Positions 19,244 through 29,450 of a stretch of DNA of 64,000 nt are shown here, piece after piece. Position 1 is the first letter of the stretch. Every line of letters starts with the position of its first letter. The position numbers and the translations under genes are program-made. Origin of the DNA: an uncultured Porphyromonadaceae bacterium (lineage in GTDB: Bacteria; Bacteroidota; Bacteroidia; Bacteroidales; Muribaculaceae); assembly GCA_947175425.1 (NCBI GenBank), contig CAMWMR010000006.1, forward strand, positions 19,878 through 83,877. The letters run 5' to 3'. The notes under the pieces are model-generated. The model was not told the DNA's origin. It worked only from the letters and a program-made list of their open reading frames with translations, and did no database searches.

Positions 19244-20574
19244 ATGTAGCAATAGTTGGAACGGGATATGTAGGCCTGGTGTCCGGGGCATGTTTCTCGG
19301 AAGTTGGCGTTAATGTCACCTGTGTCGACATCGACAGGAACAAAATAGAGCGCCTTCGCCAAGGTGAAATTCCCATTTACGAGCCGGGGCTGAGCGAGCT
19401 TGTAAGCCGTAACGTGGCTGCCGGGCGCCTTCACTTTGCCACATCGCTGCAAGAGGTTCTCGACAATGTGGAAATAGTTTTCTGCGCTGTGGGAACACCT
19501 CCGGGCGAGGACGGCAGCGCCGACCTGAGCCACGTACTTGCAGTTGCCTCCGAATTCGGCTCCAATATAAAAAAATACACTCTCTTCGTAACAAAATCCA
19601 CTGTTCCGGTGGGAACGCACAAACTTGTACGCGCTACCGTTGAGGCGGAACTGAAAAAGCGCGGCGAAGAAAACATTCCCTTTGAAGTTGCTTCCAACCC
19701 CGAATTTCTCAAGGAGGGTGCCGCAATAAAGGATTTCATGTCGCCCGACCGCGTTGTAATAGGCATTGAAAGCGAACGCGGACGCAAGCTCATGGAAAAG
19801 CTCTACCGTCCTTTCCTGCTCAATAATTTCCGCGTGATGTTCATGGACCTTCCTTCGGCCGAAATGACAAAATATGCCGCAAATGCCATGCTCGCAACCC
19901 GAATTTCGTTCATGAACGAAATCGCCAACCTGTGCGAAAAAGTCGGTGCTGACGTAAATTCCGTACGCACGGCCATGGGAGCCGATGTGCGCATTGGCGG
20001 GAAGTTCCTCTATGCCGGCTGCGGCTACGGCGGTTCCTGCTTCCCCAAAGATGTGCGCGCTCTCATCCGCACCGGACAGGAATACGGTTGCGCCATGCAG
20101 GTTATAAGCGCCGTGGAGGAAGTGAACGAAAAACAGAAAACCGTTGTATACGAAAAACTCGCCGCGCTGTTTGAAGGCGGTGTCAAAGGACGCCGCATAG
20201 CCCTGTGGGGACTTGCTTTCAAACCCGAAACCGATGACATGCGTTGTGCTCCCGCATTGGAAGTTATACGACTGTTGTTAGAGAACGGTGCCGAGGTTGT
20301 TGTATACGACCCCGTGGCCATGGATGAATGCCGTCACCGCATAGGCAATGCCGTTACATATGCTTCCGACATGTACGATGCCGTTGTCGATGCCGACGCC
20401 CTTGCACTGCTGACCGAATGGAAGGAATTCCGCCTGCCGTCGTGGGCCGTTGTGGCAAAAACGATGAAAGGCGTGAACATTGTCGACGGTCGAAACATTT
20501 ATCAAAAAAGCGACCTGCAGCCCCACGGTCTGTGCCTCTATGGCATAGGACGTCCTAACCAAACTGAAAAATGA
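19240..20574 (+). CDS. ugd: UDP-glucose 6-dehydrogenase
   Basis: Rossmann motif IVGTGYVGLV and catalytic Cys context GGSCFPKD. 444 aa. Start overlaps the upstream stop (ATGA). Confidence 0.9.
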   Translation: MNVAIVGTGYVGLVSGACFSEVGVNVTCVDIDRNKIERLRQGEIPIYEPGLSELVSRNVAAGRLHFATSLQEVLDNVEIVFCAVGTPPGEDGSADLSHVLAVASEFGSNIKKYTLFVTKSTVPVGTHKLVRATVEAELKKRGEENIPFEVASNPEFLKEGAAIKDFMSPDRVVIGIESERGRKLMEKLYRPFLLNNFRVMFMDLPSAEMTKYAANAMLATRISFMNEIANLCEKVGADVNSVRTAMGADVRIGGKFLYAGCGYGGSCFPKDVRALIRTGQEYGCAMQVISAVEEVNEKQKTVVYEKLAALFEGGVKGRRIALWGLAFKPETDDMRCAPALEVIRLLLENGAEVVVYDPVAMDECRHRIGNAVTYASDMYDAVVDADALALLTEWKEFRLPSWAVVAKTMKGVNIVDGRNIYQKSDLQPHGLCLYGIGRPNQTEK

Positions 20575-21698
20575 ACGAACGAATTGTTCTTTCACTCCCG
20601 CACATGGGAGGTACCGAACAAAAATACATAGACGAGGCTTTTGAGACAAACTGGATTTTGCCTCTGGGGCCTCATGTTAACGAATTCGAGCGCCGGCTGC
20701 AACAATATCTCGCACCCGACAAGCATGTTGTAGCCCTGAGTGCCGGAACTGCAGCAATACACCTCGGTCTGCTCATGGCCGGTGTAGAGCCCGGCGACGA
20801 GGTTATTTGCCAGTCGCTCACATTCTCGGCCTCGGCCAATCCCATTGTTTATCTCGGAGCACGCCCCGTGTTCGTCGACAGCGAAGAGCAATCCATGAAC
20901 ATGGATCCCGTACTGCTGGAGGAAGCCATTGTCGACCGCAAACGACGCACCGGACTTTACCCCAAAGCCATTATTCCCGTACACCTGTACGGAATGCCGG
21001 CCAACATGGAAAAGATAATGGAAATAAGCCGCCGTTACAATATTCCCGTAGTGGAGGATGCCGCCGAAGCTTTAGGTTCCAAATTTAAAGGTCAGCCGTG
21101 CGGTACTTTCGGCCTCTATGGTATTCTCAGCTTCAACGGCAACAAAATAATAACAACATCGGGGGGCGGAGCGCTCATTTGCCCCGACCGTGAAAGCGCC
21201 GAACGCGTGAAATTCCTCTCCACTCAGGCTCGCGAAGACCGTCCCTATTATTATCACACCACCATAGGCTATAACTACCGTCTCAGCAACGTGAGCGGAG
21301 CTATAGGCTGCGGACAAATGGAAGTGTTGGACAAACGAGTGGAACGCCGCCGCCAAATTCACCGAATCTACACCGAAATGCTCGACGGATACAAAGGCAT
21401 ACGCGTTCAGCAGGAACCCGGCGACGACTACTATTCCAATTTCTGGCTCACCACATTGCAGGTGGAACCGCAGGGAAATCGCACCGCCGACAGTATTCGC
21501 CTGGCTCTCGCGGCCGAAAACATTGAAAGCCGGCTCTTGTGGCGTCCAATGCACATGCAGCCGGTATTTGCCGAGTGTCCTTATTATGGCGGCAAAACAA
21601 GCGAAAAGTTATTTGAAAACGGCCTGTGTCTGGCAAGCGGTTCAATCCTCACCGACGAGCAGATTGAACGCGTGTGGCAAGCCGTTAAAAAAGTGTGA
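20571..21698 (+). CDS. DegT/DnrJ/EryC1/StrS family sugar aminotransferase
   Basis: 375-aa fold-type I PLP enzyme. The pyridoxal-Lys context SFNGNKIITTSGGGAL is typical of the family. Confidence 0.88.
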   Translation: MNERIVLSLPHMGGTEQKYIDEAFETNWILPLGPHVNEFERRLQQYLAPDKHVVALSAGTAAIHLGLLMAGVEPGDEVICQSLTFSASANPIVYLGARPVFVDSEEQSMNMDPVLLEEAIVDRKRRTGLYPKAIIPVHLYGMPANMEKIMEISRRYNIPVVEDAAEALGSKFKGQPCGTFGLYGILSFNGNKIITTSGGGALICPDRESAERVKFLSTQAREDRPYYYHTTIGYNYRLSNVSGAIGCGQMEVLDKRVERRRQIHRIYTEMLDGYKGIRVQQEPGDDYYSNFWLTTLQVEPQGNRTADSIRLALAAENIESRLLWRPMHMQPVFAECPYYGGKTSEKLFENGLCLASGSILTDEQIERVWQAVKKV

Positions 21699-21704
21699 CC
21701 GAAT

Positions 21705-22376
21705 ATGACACGACACGTAGTTGCTTTCGACCTTGACGATACCCTGTACACGGAAATGGACTACGTGCGCTCGGGCTATCGCACCGTTGCCAAAGCCTTG
21801 AGCGAGGCTTCGGGTGTGGATGCCCGGGAACTTTTCAATTTAATTCTCACCAACCGTCCGCTCGGATTTGAAGCCGCACTCGAACGAATAAAAGGAACAC
21901 CGGCTCAAGGTATGTTCACAATAGACTCCATGGTTGAAATGTACCGCGCCCACACCCCCGACATACAACTCCGTCCAGGCGCACACGAAACCCTGGAAGC
22001 TCTTCGCCGACGCGGAGCTGTTCTTGTTCTTATTACCGACGGCTCCACACGCCACCAACGGGCAAAAATCAAAGCCCTCGGCCTTGAGGAGTTTTTTGCT
22101 CCCGAAGCCATACTCATAAGCGAGGAAACCGGAGGAGACAAAACAAGCCTTGTTCCCTGGCAACTCTCCGAGGAACGTTTCGGCGTCCCCGGTACTCTTT
22201 TCACCTACGTGGGCGATAATCTCTCCAAGGACTTTCTCCTTCCCAATATGCGTGGCTGGCAAACGGTTATGCTGCGCGACTGCACCTCATCCAACGTATT
22301 CCCTCAACATCCATCCGCGTGGCCGGCTACAAACAGGCCACAGCTTACAATCGACAATCTCTCAACTCTTATATAA
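21705..22376 (+). CDS. HAD family hydrolase
   Basis: Motif [11 protein letters not shown] and motif [15 protein letters not shown]. 223 aa. Confidence 0.8.
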   Translation: MTRHVVAFDLDDTLYTEMDYVRSGYRTVAKALSEASGVDARELFNLILTNRPLGFEAALERIKGTPAQGMFTIDSMVEMYRAHTPDIQLRPGAHETLEALRRRGAVLVLITDGSTRHQRAKIKALGLEEFFAPEAILISEETGGDKTSLVPWQLSEERFGVPGTLFTYVGDNLSKDFLLPNMRGWQTVMLRDCTSSNVFPQHPSAWPATNRPQLTIDNLSTLI

Positions 22377-22387
22377 CATATAATACC

Positions 22388-23452
22388 ATGCCAACCGCTC
22401 TCATTACAGGCATAACGGGCCAGGACGGCTCCTACCTCGCAGAATTTCTGCTCGGCAAAGGTTACGAAGTTCACGGAATTCTTCGCCGCAGCTCCAGTTT
22501 CAATACCGAACGTATCGAACACCTGTACCTTGACGAATGGGTACGCGACATGCACAACAAACGACTCCTGCATCTCCATTACGGCGACATGACGGATTCG
22601 TCCTCCCTTATCCGCATAATCGCCCAGGTGAAACCCGACGAGATATATAACCTCGCCGCTCAGAGCCATGTAAAGGTTTCGTTCGATGTTCCCGAGTATA
22701 CAGCCGACACCGACGCTGTGGGTACGCTGCGACTGCTGGAAGCCGTACGCATTCTCGGAATGGAAAAGAGTTGCCGCATTTATCAGGCTTCTACCAGCGA
22801 GCTGTTTGGAAAAGTGCAGGAAGTACCCCAGTGCGAAACCACTCCTTTCTATCCGCGTTCGCCCTATGCTGTGGCTAAACTCTACGCATTCTGGATTATG
22901 AAGAACTACAGGGAGAGCTACGGCATGTTCACTGCAAACGGCATTCTGTTCAATCATGAATCGGAACGTCGCGGCGAAAATTTTGTAACGCGCAAAATCA
23001 CTTTGGCCGCCGCACGAATCGTTGCCGGCAAGCAGGAAAAACTGTATCTGGGCAATCTCGACGCCAAACGCGACTGGGGATATGCTCCCGACTATATTGA
23101 ATGCATGTGGCTCATCCTCCAGCAGGACAAGCCCGACGACTACGTCATTGCCACCGGCGAGTTCCACAGCGTGCGCGAATTTGCCGAACTCGCATTCCGC
23201 CATGCCGGAATAGAACTGCGCTGGGAAGGAAAAGGCGAAAACGAAAAAGGTATCGACATAGCAACCGGAAAAGTTCTTGTGGAAGTCGACCCGCGTTTCT
23301 ACCGTCCCGCCGATGTGGAAGAACTGCTCGGCAATCCCGAAAAGGCTCGCCGCGAATTAGGCTGGAATCCTCGCAAAACCTCTTTCGAGGATCTCGTGCG
23401 AATTATGGTGGAAGCTGATATGAAACTCGTCAACAGTACAGCAAATGCTTGA
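22388..23452 (+). CDS. gmd: GDP-mannose 4,6-dehydratase
   Basis: ORF 22319..23452. Preferred start is [22 protein letters not shown] (ATG 22388). Has an SDR extended fold with [10 protein letters not shown]. Confidence 0.95.
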   Translation: MPTALITGITGQDGSYLAEFLLGKGYEVHGILRRSSSFNTERIEHLYLDEWVRDMHNKRLLHLHYGDMTDSSSLIRIIAQVKPDEIYNLAAQSHVKVSFDVPEYTADTDAVGTLRLLEAVRILGMEKSCRIYQASTSELFGKVQEVPQCETTPFYPRSPYAVAKLYAFWIMKNYRESYGMFTANGILFNHESERRGENFVTRKITLAAARIVAGKQEKLYLGNLDAKRDWGYAPDYIECMWLILQQDKPDDYVIATGEFHSVREFAELAFRHAGIELRWEGKGENEKGIDIATGKVLVEVDPRFYRPADVEELLGNPEKARRELGWNPRKTSFEDLVRIMVEADMKLVNSTANA

Positions 23453-24521
23453 TAAAGACAGCAAGATATATGTAGCCGGACACCGCGGACTCGTCGGTTC
23501 GGCAATAACGGCGAATCTTAAAAAACGCGGGTTCACAAATGTCATAGGTCGTACTCACGCCGAACTTGACCTCACGGACGCTGTGGCCGTCAGGGAATTT
23601 TTCGATACCGAAAAGCCCGATGCCGTAGTTCTTGCCGCCGCACATGTGGGCGGCATAATGGCAAACTCAACCTATCGCGCCGATTTTATTTACGAAAACC
23701 TTGCCATACAACAGAATGTAATCGGCGAGGCTTGGCGACACGGCGTGAAACGTCTGTTGTTCCTCGGCTCAACTTGTATCTACCCGCGAGAAGCTCCTCA
23801 GCCGATTACCGAGGACGCACTGCTTACTTCTCCGTTGGAATATACCAACGAGCCTTATGCCATTGCCAAAATCGCCGGTCTGAAAATGTGCGAGTCGTTC
23901 AACCTGCAGTACGGCACGGATTATGTGGCCGTTATGCCCACAAACCTCTACGGTCCCAACGATAATTTCCATTTGGAAAACAGCCACGTACTGCCGGCCA
24001 TGATACGTAAAATACATCTGGCAAAGCTTTTGCAGCAGGGCGATATGGAAGCTGTGCGTCGCGATTTGGCTTCTCGCCCCACCGCGCACGCCAAAGCCGA
24101 GGCAAGTGACGATGAAATTATTGCCGGACTTGCCTGCTACGGCATTCATCCCGGCAAAGTAGTGCTATGGGGCTCGGGGAAACCGCTTCGCGAATTCCTC
24201 TGGAGCGAGGATATGGCCGATGCATGCGTGCATATTCTTTTGAATGTACCTTTCAAATCGCTCGTTGAGCAATGCGAGGGCGACATCCGCAACACGCACA
24301 TCAACATCGGCACGGGCAAAGAACTCACAATAGCCGAGCTTGCAAACCTTGTAAAAAGCGCCGCCGGTTTTGAAGGCTCTATTGAATGGGATAGCACAAA
24401 ACCCGACGGCACCATGCGCAAACTGTGTTCTGTCGAGCGTCTGCACAAACTTGGCTGGCAGCATTCCGTAGAACTTGACGACGGCATAAAACGCCTCTAT
24501 AACTGGTATCTTACAAACTGA
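23445..24521 (+). CDS. fcl: GDP-L-fucose synthase (GDP-4-keto-6-deoxymannose epimerase/reductase)
   Basis: [22 protein letters not shown] and NLYGPNDNF. 358 aa. Overlaps the gmd end by 8 nt. Confidence 0.93.
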   Translation: MLDKDSKIYVAGHRGLVGSAITANLKKRGFTNVIGRTHAELDLTDAVAVREFFDTEKPDAVVLAAAHVGGIMANSTYRADFIYENLAIQQNVIGEAWRHGVKRLLFLGSTCIYPREAPQPITEDALLTSPLEYTNEPYAIAKIAGLKMCESFNLQYGTDYVAVMPTNLYGPNDNFHLENSHVLPAMIRKIHLAKLLQQGDMEAVRRDLASRPTAHAKAEASDDEIIAGLACYGIHPGKVVLWGSGKPLREFLWSEDMADACVHILLNVPFKSLVEQCEGDIRNTHINIGTGKELTIAELANLVKSAAGFEGSIEWDSTKPDGTMRKLCSVERLHKLGWQHSVELDDGIKRLYNWYLTN

Positions 24522-24522
24522 T

Positions 24523-25470
24523 ATGTGGAAGGATGCGGTGCTGTCGGCCGCCGGGCTGGCCTTGCTTGAGTGCCTGTATATACTGCTGGCAAAAAAGCTG
24601 CACATAGGCACCGCTCGTCCCGAAAAACGCTTCGTTCCTGTCGGCGGCGGCATTATCATAGTGCTCGCCTCGCTGTTAGCCCTGTTCTTTGACTTCGTTC
24701 AAGTTCTTTATCCTTTGATATTTACGGGCGTGGCTCTCGGCATCGTGTCGTTTATCGACGACCTTCGCGGATTGTCGCCATTGCTGCGTCTGTGCCTGCA
24801 GCTTCTTGCTTCGGGCTTTGTTCTTTCGCCACTGCTTGCCGACGGTCATTACGACATATATTTTATAGCCTTGCTCGGTTGTACAGGCTACATCAATTCG
24901 TCCAATTTTATGGACGGCATAAACGGCATGCTCACAAGCTACAGCCTTGTAACACTCGGGACATTGTACGCCATTGTCCGCTACCGACTCCTCGGCGCAC
25001 CCGGGGATTATGTGGAATTTACCGAAGCCTTTGAAGGACTATGGGTATTTCTCATTGCAGCCTTGCTCGTCTTTTCATTTTTCAATTTCCGCACCAAAGC
25101 ATTGGTATATGCAGGCGATACCGGTTCCATAACAACAGGATATTTCGCGGCCTTGTCGATCTGCTTTGTGGGTATGGCTTATTCCACACCGTCGGTTGTG
25201 GTTATAACAGGAGTATTTCTCACCGATACCTTCTGCACATTTCTTTATCGCCTTTTCAATGGCGAGGCTGTTATGCAGCCGCACAAAAAACATCTGTATC
25301 AACAGCTTGTTTCGCGAGGAGCCTCACCTCTTGCGGTTTCGGCTGCATATGCAGGCATTCAGGCAGCAATTAATGCCGGTTGGCTCTGCACTCCCGCCAC
25401 CTTCCGCAACATATATGCCATAGTCGTTGCCATTGCGCTTGTTACAAGCTACCGCATACTGCACCGATAG
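24523..25470 (+). CDS. glycosyltransferase family 4 (MraY/WecA-like) undecaprenyl-phosphate sugar-1-phosphate transferase
   Basis: 315-aa polytopic ORF with IDDLRGLSP and NFMDGINGM motifs typical of polyprenyl-phosphate HexNAc-1-P transferases. Confidence 0.75.
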   Translation: MWKDAVLSAAGLALLECLYILLAKKLHIGTARPEKRFVPVGGGIIIVLASLLALFFDFVQVLYPLIFTGVALGIVSFIDDLRGLSPLLRLCLQLLASGFVLSPLLADGHYDIYFIALLGCTGYINSSNFMDGINGMLTSYSLVTLGTLYAIVRYRLLGAPGDYVEFTEAFEGLWVFLIAALLVFSFFNFRTKALVYAGDTGSITTGYFAALSICFVGMAYSTPSVVVITGVFLTDTFCTFLYRLFNGEAVMQPHKKHLYQQLVSRGASPLAVSAAYAGIQAAINAGWLCTPATFRNIYAIVVAIALVTSYRILHR

Positions 25471-25521
25471 GTGTACGCTTGTTCGGACTGTACGGACATG
25501 TGTCCGTTTTCGGACAGTGCT

Positions 25522-25529
25522 TAATTTTG
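25522..25529 (+). promoter_or_regulatory. Bacteroidetes -7 promoter box (TAatTTTG) upstream of the efflux operon
   Basis: TAATTTTG lies 58 nt upstream of ATG 25587. A near copy, TACATTTTG, sits at 25553-25561. Confidence 0.45.
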
Positions 25530-25586
25530 GCACACACTGATTATCAACACATTACATTTTGGCACAATGTTGGTTCATATATTGGC

Positions 25587-26837
25587 ATGGACCGACAACT
25601 AACAAATAAAGAAATCAGAAACGAGCGGCGCAAAAAGCTGCTCCGTACAGGCATTCCCGCCGTAGCCGCCATTGCCTTGGCGGCATGGGGAATTAGCGCC
25701 TTGGGCGTGAAATCTGTCAAAGCCTCCTCCTTGAGTTTCTCGGGAGTGGATAAAGGCGACATTGATGTAAGTATCAGCGCAAGCGGACGCATTGTTCCGG
25801 CATACGAAGAAATAATAATTTCTCCTATCGATTCGAGGATTCTATCCGTTCGTCACACCGCCGGCGATATAGTGGAGGCAGGCGAAGCTTTGCTTACACT
25901 CGACCTGCAGGCAGCCGGCGTTGCAGCACAGAAATTGTCCGACCAGCTGCGAATGAAAAAACTTGAACTGGAACAGCAGCTTGTGGGCGACAACACAGCC
26001 CTTGCCAAACTTGAAATGGAGATAAAGGTGCGAAAGATGAACGTTCAGAAACTTGAGGCCGAACTCCGGAACGAGCGCTATCTCGACAGCCTCGGCAGTG
26101 GCACCACCGACAAAGTTCGCGAGGCCGAATTTGCATTGAAATCGGGACGCCTCGAGCTTGAGCAACTAAGCCTTCAGCTGGAAAACGAGCGTGAGGCACG
26201 TCGCGCGGCTGCCGATGTAAAGCGTCTCGATATTGAAATAATGAGCAAAGAGGCGGCAATGGCCGAGCGCACTCTCGCCGACGCCGAAATCCGCGCTCCG
26301 CATGCAGGAACTGTAACTCAGATTAATTCCGAAATAGGCTCTACAATAGGAAACGGACAACAACTTGCCGTACTTGCCGACCTGGGACACTACAAAGTGG
26401 AAGCCGAAGCTGCCGACAGTCATGCAAAAAACATAAATCCCGGAATGAGGGCAAAAGTGCGGGTAGGCTCGCAGACGGCCTCCGGCATTATTGCTTCCGT
26501 AGTGCCGGCAAGCACCGGCGGTGTAATTAAATTCACCGTGCGGCTCGACAACGACAGTATTTCCTTCCTCCGCGCCGGACTTCGCCCCGAGGTATCCGTT
26601 TCCAACGGATTGAAAACCGATGTCGTGCGAATAGCCAACGGTCCCTATTACCGCGAACCCGGCAAATACAGCCTTTTTGTCAGAAGCGACAAAAGCACCC
26701 TCGAACTGCGCGAGGTGGAGCTTGGTGCCGCAAACATGGACTCGGTGGAAGTTATCCGCGGACTCCGTCCCGGCGAAAGCGTTGTCACCGACGATATGAG
26801 CCGATATGTAAAAAACAAAACACTTAAAATAAAATGA
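25587..26837 (+). CDS. HlyD/MacA-type efflux periplasmic adaptor subunit
   Basis: ORF 25380..26837. Preferred start is MDRQLTNKEIRNERRKK followed by a TM anchor. Then a long coiled-coil hairpin and beta-barrel regions. Confidence 0.8.
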   Translation: MDRQLTNKEIRNERRKKLLRTGIPAVAAIALAAWGISALGVKSVKASSLSFSGVDKGDIDVSISASGRIVPAYEEIIISPIDSRILSVRHTAGDIVEAGEALLTLDLQAAGVAAQKLSDQLRMKKLELEQQLVGDNTALAKLEMEIKVRKMNVQKLEAELRNERYLDSLGSGTTDKVREAEFALKSGRLELEQLSLQLENEREARRAAADVKRLDIEIMSKEAAMAERTLADAEIRAPHAGTVTQINSEIGSTIGNGQQLAVLADLGHYKVEAEAADSHAKNINPGMRAKVRVGSQTASGIIASVVPASTGGVIKFTVRLDNDSISFLRAGLRPEVSVSNGLKTDVVRIANGPYYREPGKYSLFVRSDKSTLELREVELGAANMDSVEVIRGLRPGESVVTDDMSRYVKNKTLKIK

Positions 26838-28108
26838 GAACCTTAAAGAATTTGTGGCATCAGATATGCCGCGACAAGCTGTTCACCGCAATCTATATTT
26901 TCGGTACAGCTCTGACATTGGCCACTGTTACGGTTATTGCCGTGATGATGTGGAACAAAGTCGCTCCCGTTTATCCTGAGTATCAGCGCGACAACACGGT
27001 ATATGTAAACTCCCTTAAAACCATTGAAAAAACCGATAACGGCAACATGACACGGCAGGGAAATCTCGGACTGTCGACGATTAAAGATTTCATTTTCACA
27101 TTGCCTCACCACGATATTGCCACAGCATATATCGACGATTGGGACAACCATTATGCCCAGCGCCCCGACGGAGGGCGCGACATTGAACTGCGCCGCAAAC
27201 CTGCCGACCCGGCATTCTTCCAACTGTTCAATTTTAAATTTCTTGCCGGCAAACCATGGGGACAAGCCGAATTCGACTCGGGACTGCGTGTTGCAGTTTT
27301 AGGCGACCGCACGGCTCGCAAAATTTTCGGAGCAACAGAGCCTGAGCAGCTAACAGGCCGTCGCTTTACCCTCGACTTTGTGGAATATACCGTTTGTGGA
27401 ATTGTAAAGGAAGGAACTCCTACAGAAACAGTTTCATATGCCGGTGTAATTATCCCCTATACCTCTCTTTCAGGCTTCAACAACGAGACGCTTGAGTTGT
27501 GGGGTTCCTACTGTGTCGCACTGCGCACCGACGACAAGGACGGAATACGCCGCGCACTCAAAGAGAAACAGGAACGTTACAACAGTTCGCACGACGATAT
27601 TGAAATAAGCTTCTTCGACCAGCCTGTCGACTCGGTAGTTCTCGGCCTTTCTGGCAATACTTCCATCGAAGGTTTCAACCTCACCGATATTCTTTTGGCA
27701 GGAACTGCCTCGCTGCTCGTTCTGCTGCTGGTTCCGGCACTCAATCTAAGCGGAATCATTTGGGGACGCATGGAGGGACGACTTCCCGAAATGGGCGTTC
27801 GCAAGGCTTTCGGAGCCAACCGCAGCACATTGCTCTCCATGGTACTGTGGGAGAATCTGTGCCTCACAATAGCGGGTGGTATAATAGGATTCGCCGCAGC
27901 CTTCCTTATGCTTAAATTCGGAATTACCGATCTGTTCGTAACGGGCAACCGGGCCGACGAATCGATTGTCACTAACGAAATGGTGCTGTCGGGTCAAATA
28001 ATAATTTTCATTTTCCTTGTGTGCTGCCTGCTCAATATTATGTCGGCTCTTGTTCCGGCATGGCGCTCGCTCCGCAAACCTATTGTAGAATCTTTAAAAG
28101 AGAATTAA
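26834..28108 (+). CDS. ABC transporter permease (FtsX/MacB-type)
   Basis: 424 aa. An N-terminal TM is followed by a large periplasmic domain and a C-terminal FtsX 3-TM bundle (GVRKAFGANRSTLLSMVLWE). Confidence 0.8.
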   Translation: MRTLKNLWHQICRDKLFTAIYIFGTALTLATVTVIAVMMWNKVAPVYPEYQRDNTVYVNSLKTIEKTDNGNMTRQGNLGLSTIKDFIFTLPHHDIATAYIDDWDNHYAQRPDGGRDIELRRKPADPAFFQLFNFKFLAGKPWGQAEFDSGLRVAVLGDRTARKIFGATEPEQLTGRRFTLDFVEYTVCGIVKEGTPTETVSYAGVIIPYTSLSGFNNETLELWGSYCVALRTDDKDGIRRALKEKQERYNSSHDDIEISFFDQPVDSVVLGLSGNTSIEGFNLTDILLAGTASLLVLLLVPALNLSGIIWGRMEGRLPEMGVRKAFGANRSTLLSMVLWENLCLTIAGGIIGFAAAFLMLKFGITDLFVTGNRADESIVTNEMVLSGQIIIFIFLVCCLLNIMSALVPAWRSLRKPIVESLKEN

Positions 28109-28111
28109 AAT

Positions 28112-29416
28112 ATGTTCCGGTTAATATTCAAAAATCTGTGGAACCGACGCCGTGCATACGCATGGTTGTTTATAGAACTTATTGTTGTAAGCGCACTTGC
28201 ATGCGCAATATTGGACGGCGGTCTTATAAGCATTCACGATGCAAATCTTCCTTTGGGATATGATTCCGACCGCCTTTTAATTATAGAGGCCGGCAGCATT
28301 CCCGAGGGCGCCGTTACCTTCGATGCCTCGGCAGCCAACTCCGTAAGCAATGTAGAGAACCAGCTCCGTTTTGTGGAGAAAGTGAAACAAATGCCGGGTG
28401 TTGTCATGGTTTCGGAACTTGAACAGGACGGCATGCTTAACTGCGAAAGCACAAGCATGAATTCTTTCTACTCCGGTACGGAAGCCGACTCCGGTGCAAA
28501 TGGCATATTGACAACCCTTTTTATACCCGGCACCAATTACTTCGAGACTTACGGTATAAAGAGTGTTCCCGGCAGTCCGTCGCCCGAAGAGCTTTCCGCC
28601 CGCAGCTATGCGCGTAAGGAATTCGTAATTACCCGCAGCGTGGCCGAACTTTTCTGGCCCGGAGAGAATGCCGTAGGCAAGGAATTCATAAACCCTCGCG
28701 ACTCAACGGTACGCTATCCTGTTGTGGGAGTTGTGGAAGACGTGCGCCAGAAATCGCATATCCGTACAAATTGCCTTGCATTCACAACTTGGCGAAGCGG
28801 CATTGAACCTGCCGATTACTTTCAGGTTCTTGTACGCCTCGACGACACAATCGACCCCGAGACTTTTGCCGCAGCTTTCAGTAACGACGACGCACGCAGG
28901 CTGCGCACGGGAAACTTCTATGTAAAATCGCTCACACCCTATGCCGACCTTATAGCAAACGTGGAAAACTCGGCTGGAGCAACAGCCGAACGTAACATGA
29001 GCATTGCATTGGCCGTATTTTTCCTTATAAATCTTATACTTGGAATAAGCAGCTCGTTCTTCCTGCAGACACGCCGCCGCATCCGCGAAATGGGAGTACA
29101 TCTCTCGTTCGGAGCCACAAGGCGGCACATCACAGCCATGCTCATGGGCGAGGGGCTTGTAATGGCTGCAATCGCATTCATTATCGGCGACATATTGTTC
29201 CTGCAATGGGCTTTGAAATTCGGGCTGAGCACCGGCAATTTCATGAACGGAATATGCAATCCCGCCGACACATGGGCAAGCCATTTCGGACAGCATTTCG
29301 CCATACTATCGGGCATTGTGTTTATACTTGTCATTATATGCGTGCTTATAGGCACATGGCTGCCTGCTCGTAGCCTAAGCCGTATCAGCCCCGTGGAAGC
29401 TCTACGCAACGAATAA
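28112..29416 (+). CDS. ABC transporter permease (FtsX/MacB-type), paralog
   Basis: 434 aa with the same architecture as the upstream permease (GVHLSFGATRRHITAMLMGE). Confidence 0.8.
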   Translation: MFRLIFKNLWNRRRAYAWLFIELIVVSALACAILDGGLISIHDANLPLGYDSDRLLIIEAGSIPEGAVTFDASAANSVSNVENQLRFVEKVKQMPGVVMVSELEQDGMLNCESTSMNSFYSGTEADSGANGILTTLFIPGTNYFETYGIKSVPGSPSPEELSARSYARKEFVITRSVAELFWPGENAVGKEFINPRDSTVRYPVVGVVEDVRQKSHIRTNCLAFTTWRSGIEPADYFQVLVRLDDTIDPETFAAAFSNDDARRLRTGNFYVKSLTPYADLIANVENSAGATAERNMSIALAVFFLINLILGISSSFFLQTRRRIREMGVHLSFGATRRHITAMLMGEGLVMAAIAFIIGDILFLQWALKFGLSTGNFMNGICNPADTWASHFGQHFAILSGIVFILVIICVLIGTWLPARSLSRISPVEALRNE

Positions 29417-29450
29417 ATCGATTCATCTCACCTTATAATAAACAAATAAT

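Noticed and set aside
25528-25543. The first TGGCAC copy as a sigma-54 -24 element.
   Set aside because: The -12 position reads GATT rather than TTGC. This hexamer is also part of a perfect sigma-A-type TAATTTTG box, which explains it more simply. The second copy is kept as an unresolved finding rather than called as a feature.
25380-25586. Long N-terminal extension of the adaptor gene (ORF-track start 25380), overlapping the priming transferase gene by 91 nt. Comparable upstream starts occur for gpsA (8016), coaD (13773), gmd (22319), FKBP-2 (40676), Lrp (48791), xseB (36932), WYL (4720) and the first gene (1733).
   Set aside because: In each case an internal ATG gives a canonical N-terminus (signal peptide, Rossmann or HTH start). 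That start also removes an implausible overlap with the upstream gene or promoter. The extension residues look like translated non-coding or out-of-frame coding sequence.
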